A DNA stretch of 64,000 bases, from the NCBI GenBank assembly GCA_003345595.1, contig PRDI01000049.1, positions 1 through 64,000 of the forward strand, written 5' to 3'. The translations under genes and the position numbers were made by a program. Source of the stretch: Candidatus Thorarchaeota archaeon. Its GTDB lineage: Archaea; Asgardarchaeota; Thorarchaeia; Thorarchaeales; Thorarchaeaceae. Shown here piece after piece: positions 18,733-27,129 of this stretch (positions within the stretch are counted from its first letter, which is position 1; each line of letters starts with the position of its first letter). The notes beneath the pieces are model-generated. The model saw only the letters and a program-made list of their open reading frames with translations. It searched no databases and was not told the origin of the DNA.

Positions 18733-20049
18733 ATGAAGACAGTACTTTGTCTGGGTGCAGGCCTTGTAGCACACCCTTACGTGCACTATCTCTGCGAACA
18801 CGGCTTTCATGTCGTTATTGCAAGCAGAACAATGGACAAGATCGAACACGTGATGCAAGGTTCCGATAATGCTGAACCTGTCAAGTTCGACATAAGGACC
18901 GACGATCAGCTGCTAGATCAACTCACCTCAAGCGCAGACCTAGTCTGTTCACTGCTCCCTTACGTTTATCACGTCAAGGCTGCAAGAGTTGCTATCCGAC
19001 ATCGAAAGCCCTTCTGTACTACGTCCTATATCTCAGAAGAAATGAAAACACTTGATAGAGAGGCTAAGGACGCGGGCATTGTCGTACTGAACGAGTGCGG
19101 TGTCGATCCAGGTATCGATCACATGAGTGCCATGAAGATAATCGATCGAGTCCACAAGAAAGCTGGCAAGATACTTAGCTTCACCTCATCTACCGGAGGT
19201 TTACCTGCACCTGAGGCGAACAACAATCCGTTTGGCTACAAGGTTTCTTGGACCCCTAGAGGAGTCTTACTAGCCGGTAGAAACGACGCGCACTTTCTGA
19301 GAAACGGCAAAGAGATCATCATTCCAGGCCGAAACCTCTTTGACAACTACGAAATCATGGAGATCCCCAGTGCTGGCAGATTTGAAGTGTATCCTAACCG
19401 TGACAGCATCTCCTACATCGACATATACGGAATCAGAGAAACTAAGACAATGTTCAGAGGAACCCTGAGAAATCTGGGCTGGTGCAGCACACTGAAGAAG
19501 ATAGCCGATCTTGGACTGCTAGACGTCGAAGAACGGTCTCTTGAAGGGTTTACTTATGCTGCATTAATGCGACAGCTCGTTTCTGCGGGAGAATCTGGTC
19601 TTGTCGACGCTGTAGCATCGACCACTAAACTCATGCCGACAGATCCAATAATCTCACGTCTTCAATGGCTCGGACTCTTTGCTGAGAGGAAAATTCCCAC
19701 AGGAACCACTACAAGGCTGGATGCACTCTGTCATCTCTTTGAGGAAAGGATGCAGTATGCTCCTAGCGAGCGAGACATGCTCGTCATGCACCATGAGTTC
19801 ATTGTAAAGTACCCAAGCCAAAGAGAGAGAATCACTTCCACACTGGTCGACTACGGAATCCCAAATGGCGATAGTTCGATGTCAAGGACAGTGACCATTC
19901 CAGTGGCCATAGCGACTCGAATGATACTCGAAGGGAAGCTTTCACTTACAGGAGTTGTCCGTCCAACAATGCCCGAGCTCTACGAGCCAATATTGAACGA
20001 GCTCCAGACCTATGATATTCGATTCAATGAGCACACACAACAGCTCTGA
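18733..20049 (+). CDS. Saccharopine dehydrogenase (glutamate-forming, Lys9/AASS C-terminal type)
   Basis: LGAGLVA, SLLPY, TTSY, NECGVDPGIDHM, GGLPAPE, YPNRDS, RGTLR and SMSRTV. Confidence 0.93.
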   Translation: MKTVLCLGAGLVAHPYVHYLCEHGFHVVIASRTMDKIEHVMQGSDNAEPVKFDIRTDDQLLDQLTSSADLVCSLLPYVYHVKAARVAIRHRKPFCTTSYISEEMKTLDREAKDAGIVVLNECGVDPGIDHMSAMKIIDRVHKKAGKILSFTSSTGGLPAPEANNNPFGYKVSWTPRGVLLAGRNDAHFLRNGKEIIIPGRNLFDNYEIMEIPSAGRFEVYPNRDSISYIDIYGIRETKTMFRGTLRNLGWCSTLKKIADLGLLDVEERSLEGFTYAALMRQLVSAGESGLVDAVASTTKLMPTDPIISRLQWLGLFAERKIPTGTTTRLDALCHLFEERMQYAPSERDMLVMHHEFIVKYPSQRERITSTLVDYGIPNGDSSMSRTVTIPVAIATRMILEGKLSLTGVVRPTMPELYEPILNELQTYDIRFNEHTQQL

Positions 20050-20093
20050 GAGTGTATCTCAGAACCTTTCATCGTAGAGTCTTCTCGTGGGAC

Positions 20094-20717
20094 CTACTCT
20101 TTAACACGTACCTGTATAGCTTCTAGAATGCTCTCTGCTCGAGCCATCTCCTGCTGAACTTCATCCAGTTCTGTTCTCAGTCTGTATGTATATCCCGAGC
20201 GATTCCCGAATCTCTCCAAATGCCCCTTTCCGTCATTCCACATACGAGCGAGATAGGTTGAGGCTGTGCTCTTGGGCAGTTCTTCATTGAATGTAGTTTC
20301 ATAGATCTCAGCCACATCAAGCGACGAGAACTTGCCATGTTTGAACGAAGCGTATATGACAACCTGCATCCTTTCATAGTTGCTCAGCGACTCAAAATCG
20401 CTTTCACCGCTTGTGCTCTCGACTGTTTCTGCTGTAGGTACAAAGCTGTATCCAGTACTGGTTTCTAGGAACACTCTGAATTTTCCAAGCATCTCCTCAA
20501 CAGTGCCCTTTACCTGTAGACTCGACTCTTCTCCACTGGACTCGTCAGAGATAACCACTTTGAAATCAAAGGGTGACTGAGTCAGTGCGAGAATCTTCCG
20601 AAAACGGGCTAAGGCTTCATCAGGCCTGACATACTTGCACTGAAAGATTTCTCGCAGACCTGGTCCCGAACTATACGTGAACTCGTACACGTAATTGGTT
20701 CTGTTGTCATCCGCCAA
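20094..20717 (-). CDS. Hypothetical protein with a C-terminal winged-helix domain
   Basis: FSSLDVAEIYE...LPKSTASTYLARM...GHLERFGNRSGYTY, a wHTH pattern; GGTG SD upstream of the TTG. Confidence 0.75.
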   Translation of the reverse strand: MADDNRTNYVYEFTYSSGPGLREIFQCKYVRPDEALARFRKILALTQSPFDFKVVISDESSGEESSLQVKGTVEEMLGKFRVFLETSTGYSFVPTAETVESTSGESDFESLSNYERMQVVIYASFKHGKFSSLDVAEIYETTFNEELPKSTASTYLARMWNDGKGHLERFGNRSGYTYRLRTELDEVQQEMARAESILEAIQVRVKE

Positions 20718-20718
20718 T

Positions 20719-21193
20719 ATTCACACCTGCCCTGTTTGCAAGGGTTGATTGTGATCCAGAGTATTCACACCCATCAAGTTCCAAGAGCAAATAAGTGTGA
20801 GTGTGTGAATTGCAGATATCCTGATATTGGCAGGATAGCATATTCGCTGTGCCGCAAGCCACTCCTATCAACATCAGGAGCAACCGAGCCATTTCACAAC
20901 CGAAAGGGGTCATTACAGCATTATACATGCTTCTATTGCCCCAAACGCATAATTCTCCACGTTTCTTACGATTCACACATTTAAAAGCTCTGTGAACATC
21001 TCAGCAATTCCTCATATGCCTTCTATCTCCATTCCATCGGAAACGAGGGGGTGCCACCATTCACATGGTCGAACGGCTCTATGCAGCTTTCGTTTGCCAA
21101 TATGCACCAGCTTGGACCTATTTCACGCAGCAAATTCACACAAACGGCGCCATTCACATGTTTTCAGTGTGAATTGCTGTTGACCCCGTGAAT
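20719..21193. repeat. Cluster of about ten TTCACA/TGTGAA motifs (consensus ATTCACAC) in both orientations
   Basis: Exact hexamers at about 20720, 20764, 20804, 20893, 20972, 20991, 21060, 21135, 21153 and 21168, plus degenerate copies. Confidence 0.8.
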
Positions 21194-21200
21194 TGTGATG

Positions 21201-22235
21201 CTACCCAACTGGCAGCAGATAGTCGAAGGGGCTCTCCCCTACGACAAGCTGCAAGAAACCTTCACCTGTGGTAGTCACAGTGACCGACTCGAGTCTTCCT
21301 TGAGCAACAACAGTTGCCCTATTGGACACCTGTTCCGTGAATCGCCCCCGATAGCTAACAATCTGCCTAAGTGTTGACATCTGGCTACATTGGACAATGT
21401 AGGCACAAGGAGTGAATATAGACTCTGCATCATCTACGACTACCCCTTTCACTGAACGAACTCCCAAGTTCTTGAAGAGGAGGTCCCCGTAGCCGTAGCC
21501 CAGCTCATTTCTGAGCTTCACATTCCTGATGAAGAAGTCACAACATTCGAACACTCCCTGAAGGACTTTCTTGGACTCTATAGCTGCAAGAAGCGGTTTC
21601 CACTCCGCGTCTATTCCCCATCTACTAGTGACGATATGATCAAGTCTTTCACCAGAGTAATGACTCAGACCAGGAACTCGTCCAGCACTTCTTAGAAATG
21701 AAACGACTCTCTTCGCAGGTGCAGTTCCGTATACAACCAAATCAATGTCCGAACCGCTAGCTGCCAATCCTGCAAGCTGTGATCCGCTGAGACCGATATC
21801 TGACCAGTTCAAATTCGCCCCATGTACAAGTACCCGAGAGAGTCTGACTGATGCTCTCTCCAGACTCGTGGCATTGTCCCCCTTATCTTTCATAGCGTTC
21901 AAACAAGTAATAGGATCTAACACACGTGAGATATGATCAAGTGGGACAGTCTGCAGCTCTCTTCCGTAGACCTCATCATACCAAAGATACTCCGGATGCC
22001 TTTCTCTTAGATAGCCCTCACGGTCACTAAGGGAGTAGACCTTCTTGTATCTGACCCCGCTAACCGAACACCTATCACCATCACTCGTTGGGACATACCT
22101 AAGGTATGCAACCACGCGGCTAGGTGGATGGATGCTCCCCTTCACTTCAAAGATGTGGGCATCCCGAGTTACTATGAATTGGCCTTCTAGAAGATCGTTG
22201 TTCAACTCGGTCCTCGTCCTGACATCAGATGACAT
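21201..22235 (-). CDS. Predicted nucleotidyltransferase (COG1665-like)
   Basis: GLSGS...SDIDLVVYG Pol-beta NTase motif; HPPSRVVAYLRY. Confidence 0.85.
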   Translation of the reverse strand: MSSDVRTRTELNNDLLEGQFIVTRDAHIFEVKGSIHPPSRVVAYLRYVPTSDGDRCSVSGVRYKKVYSLSDREGYLRERHPEYLWYDEVYGRELQTVPLDHISRVLDPITCLNAMKDKGDNATSLERASVRLSRVLVHGANLNWSDIGLSGSQLAGLAASGSDIDLVVYGTAPAKRVVSFLRSAGRVPGLSHYSGERLDHIVTSRWGIDAEWKPLLAAIESKKVLQGVFECCDFFIRNVKLRNELGYGYGDLLFKNLGVRSVKGVVVDDAESIFTPCAYIVQCSQMSTLRQIVSYRGRFTEQVSNRATVVAQGRLESVTVTTTGEGFLQLVVGESPFDYLLPVG

Positions 22236-22263
22236 TTAAAGCCTGTACATCACAGTCGCAATC

Positions 22264-23478
22264 ATGGTGGGCAAGCTCGACATCAAACCCGATTTCGGTG
22301 TGTTCGATGCATACCCCGATCTTGCATACTTCGATTCTGCAAGTACTACCCTTGTTCCCAAGGTTTCTGTCAAAGCTACTGCCGACTTCCTGAATACAGT
22401 CGCTGTCTCCTCACGCCGTGGTGCCCATAAGCTGGCAGTCAAAGGTAGTACCATCGTAGAAAACGTTCGTATTTCTCTAGCCAAGTTCATGAACATGGAT
22501 AAGTCAGAGATCTCATTTCATGATACGGTCCCCTGCACAGTTGCATCATTTGCCTACGGCTACGACTGGCATAAAGAAGGACGCAACCAGATTGTGATTG
22601 CCCAGAGCGAAGAACACTCCGTATTGGTCGCGCTTCTCAGAGTAGCTGAAGTTCTCAACCTTGTCGTGAAGATTGTTCCTGTCGACCAGATGGGCACTCT
22701 AGACACAGAGGCATTACAAACGCTGGTGAACCGACAGACTGGCATTGTCGCTGTTGGCCACACGGCCGCTGGTGTCGGTGCCCGGAACCCTCTCGCTGAA
22801 GTGGCAAGAATCGTTCATGAGAATGAAGCAGTGCTACTCACGGATGCAACACGATCACTCAGCTTTGGGAACGACCGTTTCCACTCATTGGGGATGGATG
22901 TGCTCGTGTTGTCTGGTAATGTTGGTTTCATGGGTTCTCCTGGGCTTGTAATACAATGGATAGACAAGAACCTAGGTATGGAACACGTTCCTGGAGTCAT
23001 TGGCGGTTCTGCTATTGGCAATGTCACACCCCCATCTTACGACATCGCGATGCAACCCGACAAGTTCGAGTCGGGGATAATCAATGTGCCTGCAATTGCA
23101 GGCCTTGGGGCTTCGCTTGAATACATCCGCAGTTTCCAGCCAAGAGACCTGTCACAGCACATAGCGGCACTATCACGATACATGACCAAAAGGCTCGCAG
23201 AAACGGAGGGTCTTGTCGTATATGGGTCACATAACGACAGTTCTACCATATTCGGCTTCAACGTTGCAGCAGGCAACGGAATCAGTTGCCATGACGTTTC
23301 GTTGTTTCTTGACCAATCTAATATAGCGGTCCGCAGCGGCCTTCTGTGTGCACATCCTTTCGTACACTCTCTTGCTGAGGAAGGGATTGTTCAAGCGTCA
23401 TTACATGCGTACAACTCTTTAGATGATATTGATCGCTTAGCAGACTCTCTGCAGCTAATAGTTGACCAGCTAGCCTAA
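22264..23478 (+). CDS. Cysteine desulfurase (SufS/class V aminotransferase) homolog lacking the PLP lysine
   Basis: YFDSAST, RRGAH, KFESG and RSGLLCAHP are present; the SGHK motif reads SGNV. Confidence 0.85.
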   Translation: MVGKLDIKPDFGVFDAYPDLAYFDSASTTLVPKVSVKATADFLNTVAVSSRRGAHKLAVKGSTIVENVRISLAKFMNMDKSEISFHDTVPCTVASFAYGYDWHKEGRNQIVIAQSEEHSVLVALLRVAEVLNLVVKIVPVDQMGTLDTEALQTLVNRQTGIVAVGHTAAGVGARNPLAEVARIVHENEAVLLTDATRSLSFGNDRFHSLGMDVLVLSGNVGFMGSPGLVIQWIDKNLGMEHVPGVIGGSAIGNVTPPSYDIAMQPDKFESGIINVPAIAGLGASLEYIRSFQPRDLSQHIAALSRYMTKRLAETEGLVVYGSHNDSSTIFGFNVAAGNGISCHDVSLFLDQSNIAVRSGLLCAHPFVHSLAEEGIVQASLHAYNSLDDIDRLADSLQLIVDQLA

Positions 23479-23491
23479 TGGATTCGTACGG

Positions 23492-23752
23492 TCATCCTAG
23501 GCCAAAGACTGGCGGGTACATTGCGAAGTACTGAACAACAACAGTCAGCAGAATCCCGCTCAGAACCAGCTGCTTGCCCCTTGAGGAGTTTACTTCTGTT
23601 AGCCATAGAATCGCTCCTACAAGAACAACAATGACCGATGAAATCCTGCCCACAAACAGAAGAAATGCCCATATTTCCCCGAGGTGCCCAGCGATGATGT
23701 TTGCGAAGTCTACTAAGGGGCTAAGAATCCACAGTGACATTGCTATCTTCAC
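23492..23752 (-). CDS. Small two-TM membrane protein, VirB2/TrbC/CedA1 pilin-like pattern
   Basis: Two hydrophobic helices joined by a basic turn SSRGKQLV; TATA-like CTTAAATA upstream. Confidence 0.6.
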   Translation of the reverse strand: MKIAMSLWILSPLVDFANIIAGHLGEIWAFLLFVGRISSVIVVLVGAILWLTEVNSSRGKQLVLSGILLTVVVQYFAMYPPVFGLG

Positions 23753-23785
23753 ATAGAGTAGTCTTGAGATGTATATTTAAGCCCG

Positions 23786-25609
23786 CTAGAGAACTGTTAC
23801 CGATTTGGCGAGGTTGCGCGGCTTGTCAGGGTCATACCCTTTCTTCAGCGCAACATAGTAGCTGAAAAGCTGGAGCGGTACAACAAAAGGTATCGTAGAG
23901 AACTCGGGCTCTACACCTGTCTGTATCTCAAAGTACTGAGTCGAGAGACCACAAATCTCTTCGTCTCCCCTCTCAGCAACCGAAAGTATTGATGCGCCCC
24001 TCGCCTTCATCTCCATGATGTTTCCAATCATGCGGCTTCTCGTTCCATCTCTAGGCACTACAAAGACTACCGGATAGCCGTCTTGGACCAACGCAATTGG
24101 ACCATGCTTAGACTCACCGGCAGAATATCCCTCCGCATGATTGTATGCTATCTCCTTCAGCTTCAGTGCTCCTTCTTTCGCAGTTGCTACAGAAACACCT
24201 CGACCCAGAAAGAGGAAGCTCGGCCTGTCATAATAAGCCGCGGCCAGAGTGCGGGCACGTTCTTCATTCCTAGCAATAGTTTCGGAAACAATTTCTGGCA
24301 GCCTGAGCAGACCTGCCCTCTTCTGACTAACTACATAATCGTCAATAAACTGAGTGGTTTCAGCCAAGGCTAAGGCGATCTGGGCTAAAACTGTCAGCTG
24401 TACCAAGAACGTTTTCGTTGCAGCTACGCCAATCTCCGGTCCAGCCTGTGTAATGAGTGAGTAATCAGCATTCTGTGTTATCGAGCTTCCGACAACGTTT
24501 GTGATGGCAACGACCTTAGCACCAAGTCGTTTGGCATACTTGGCTGCCGCAATAGTGTCTGTCGTTTCTCCCGACTGAGTTATCGCAATCACGCAATCAC
24601 GTGAAGACAGTCTATCGTAGACCGTATCAGAGAAGTCACTTGCGAGCTCTGGTACGGGGAGTATCCCTGCCAGTGAACCGAACATATGCTGTCCTGCTAC
24701 CGCTGCATGGCCCGATGTACCCATGGCGATCATGTACACCCTGTCCGCATTGCGGATTATCTCCGCTGCTTCAGCAATGACTTCTCTGCGAATTCTGAGA
24801 GTGTTTTTCACCGCGTCAGGTTGCTCGTGTATTTCCTTGAGCATAAAATGGGGAAACCCCCCTCTCTCAGCCTGATCCGCAGTCCAACTGACCTTAATCG
24901 CTTCACGCAGTACCTTGGTCGCATCTGAAATCTTCTCTATCTCGACGCCATCAGCTGACAATGTCGCTATCTCACCATCTAGAAGGAGTATCATCTTGTT
25001 AGTCTTGGGCAAAAAGGCTGGGATGTCTGAGCTGATGTAGTGTACGCCCTCTTCCTCTCCAATAACAAGAGGATTGCCATCTCGCATTGCGCACATCTTA
25101 TCAGGCTCTCTCGTTGTCATTGCGACTACTGCATAAGTTCCCTCTATTTGCAATGCCACGTTTTTCATTGCGGTCTTGAGATCTTGACCTTCATTCATGA
25201 ACTCTTCAATCATGTGCGGAATGACTTCTGTGTCAGTGTCAGAGCTAAAGGTATGGCCCCTTGCGCTGAGCTTGCTCCTGAGTTCGAGGAAGTTGTCAAT
25301 CACACCATTATGTACAACAGCTATCTGGTCCTTGCAGTCAAAGTGCGGATGCGAGTTCAACATAGAGGGCATGCCATGAGTCGCCCATCTCGTATGTCCA
25401 ATTCCTATCGACCCAGGCAGGTCGTCGAGATTGAGCTTTCTATGCACCTCGTCAATCCTTCCTCTCTCCTTCTTCATGTAGAGATGACCGTTTGCAACTG
25501 TCGTTATCCCAACAGAGTCATAACCCCTGTATTCGAGTCGTTTGAGTGCTTGGTGAAGAAAAGGAGCCACATCGCCCCGTTTCTGCACAACACCTATTAT
25601 CCCGCACAC
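23786..25609 (-). CDS. glmS: Glutamine--fructose-6-phosphate transaminase
   Basis: MCGIIG, EYRGYDS, HTRWATHG, QSGET and PRNLAKSVT. Confidence 0.98.
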   Translation of the reverse strand: MCGIIGVVQKRGDVAPFLHQALKRLEYRGYDSVGITTVANGHLYMKKERGRIDEVHRKLNLDDLPGSIGIGHTRWATHGMPSMLNSHPHFDCKDQIAVVHNGVIDNFLELRSKLSARGHTFSSDTDTEVIPHMIEEFMNEGQDLKTAMKNVALQIEGTYAVVAMTTREPDKMCAMRDGNPLVIGEEEGVHYISSDIPAFLPKTNKMILLLDGEIATLSADGVEIEKISDATKVLREAIKVSWTADQAERGGFPHFMLKEIHEQPDAVKNTLRIRREVIAEAAEIIRNADRVYMIAMGTSGHAAVAGQHMFGSLAGILPVPELASDFSDTVYDRLSSRDCVIAITQSGETTDTIAAAKYAKRLGAKVVAITNVVGSSITQNADYSLITQAGPEIGVAATKTFLVQLTVLAQIALALAETTQFIDDYVVSQKRAGLLRLPEIVSETIARNEERARTLAAAYYDRPSFLFLGRGVSVATAKEGALKLKEIAYNHAEGYSAGESKHGPIALVQDGYPVVFVVPRDGTRSRMIGNIMEMKARGASILSVAERGDEEICGLSTQYFEIQTGVEPEFSTIPFVVPLQLFSYYVALKKGYDPDKPRNLAKSVTVL

Positions 25610-25695
25610 AACAGAAACCTCCGTCGGGCATTTTCACACTTTAGCAGTGCCTACTCACCTCTGAGGGGCAACACCTGAGATAAGCATTCGGTCGA

Positions 25696-26007
25696 CTAGC
25701 CAGTGAGTTCAATCTCAATGTACACAGAATCCGGTATCTTCACGCGCATTATCTGTCGAATAGCGCGCTCATCTGCATCGATGTCAATCAGCCGCTTGTG
25801 TATCCTCATTTCCCATTTGTCCCAAGACTCGGAACCCTGCCCACATGGTGTCTTTCTTGTCGGAACAATCATCCGTCGTGTGGGTAAAGGAATTGGACCT
25901 GCCATCCTAACGCCTGTCTTGCGGGTGATTCGCTTGATCTGATTGCATACACCATCAAGGTACTCGGTACTGGTACTTGATAGTCGAATCCTAGCTCTCT
26001 GAGTCAT
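25696..26007 (-). CDS. rps10: 30S ribosomal protein uS10
   Basis: ARIRLSS, GPIPLPT and [15 protein letters not shown]. Confidence 0.97.
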   Translation of the reverse strand: MTQRARIRLSSTSTEYLDGVCNQIKRITRKTGVRMAGPIPLPTRRMIVPTRKTPCGQGSESWDKWEMRIHKRLIDIDADERAIRQIMRVKIPDSVYIEIELTG

Positions 26008-26231
26008 ACCGGCGTCAACCCTGCATTAGGAGGCTTTCGCAAGAGCGACTTTCGATTGGGATAAAAACATTGTCTTGTGTGTGGCTAACAGGTTGCGAAC
26101 TGAGGGTCTGAGAGAGTAATACCGGCTGCCGAGCGAGCATGGTCGATGGACTGGTCCACGTTTGCTTGATGCTGTCATATTCTCTCACGCTCAAACGTGC
26201 AATTATGTATACAGAAAGAGAATCTCCATAA

Positions 26232-27062
26232 GTGGGAGCTTTCACAGACGCTTCCCGGGTGTATCTATTGGATAGCCTGACCCTAGTCAAACTCGGCGGT
26301 TCGGTCATCACTCACAAGGATTCCAGTCCACCGACGACAAACACAGAAGCAATCTCACGTGTAGTTCGAGAGTTGAAAGTACGAAGAGGTAAGCTAATCG
26401 TTGTACTCGGCGGCGGGGCATATGGCCATCAACCTGCCCATCAGTATGGTTTTGGCGATCCAAACACTTCCAAGGAACGTCTGCTAGCAGGCATACCGTC
26501 AATTCGCCACAACATGGCTCTCCTCTCACTCGAAGTTGACAAAGCAATGCAAGATGAAGGTATTCCTGGTGTCGTGTTTTCGCCCTTTTCATCTAGTCAG
26601 CTGCACAACGGCTCAATAGTAGCCTTTCCGACAGGTCTCATTCAGACTGCTCTGGAAGCAGGATTGATAGTCATAACACATGGTGATGTGTGCTTCGATG
26701 ACACAACAGGTGCCTCGATCCTCAGTGGTGACACCATCCTAGTCTATCTGGCAAAAGAGCTGAGCGCCAAGTCCATCTACGTCGGCACAGACGTTGACGG
26801 CGTGTTCGAAGGAGATCCAAAGGAAAATCATGCTGCAAGGCTCGTCCCTGTCATCAACAGGTCCAACAGACGCCGCGTACTACTAGGTGTCGGTTCATCG
26901 AGAGCTGAGGATGTCACAGGTGGTATGGCCAAGAAGGTGGGTGAGCTAATGAAGCTTGAAGACAACAGACCTGAGATTGCAGTCTTCAATCTATGTGTTC
27001 CCGGACGCCTAGAGTCACTATTATCTGGCAAACCAGTCGTCTGCACAAGAATCACTTTCTGA
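26232..27062 (+). CDS. ipk: Isopentenyl phosphate kinase (amino-acid kinase fold); start may be 26259 or 26268
   Basis: VKLGGSVIT.K, GGGAYGH, HGDV, ILSGD and DVTGGM. Confidence 0.9.
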   Translation: MGAFTDASRVYLLDSLTLVKLGGSVITHKDSSPPTTNTEAISRVVRELKVRRGKLIVVLGGGAYGHQPAHQYGFGDPNTSKERLLAGIPSIRHNMALLSLEVDKAMQDEGIPGVVFSPFSSSQLHNGSIVAFPTGLIQTALEAGLIVITHGDVCFDDTTGASILSGDTILVYLAKELSAKSIYVGTDVDGVFEGDPKENHAARLVPVINRSNRRRVLLGVGSSRAEDVTGGMAKKVGELMKLEDNRPEIAVFNLCVPGRLESLLSGKPVVCTRITF

Positions 27063-27129
27063 TAAACGGATGAGAGTAGAGGGTTCAACAGAAGTGACTT
27101 CCTCTGGAATCAGTCGTGATTCACGACCA

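Noticed and set aside
20719-21193. CRISPR array
   Set aside because: Repeats are only 6-8 bp, in mixed orientation and irregularly spaced.
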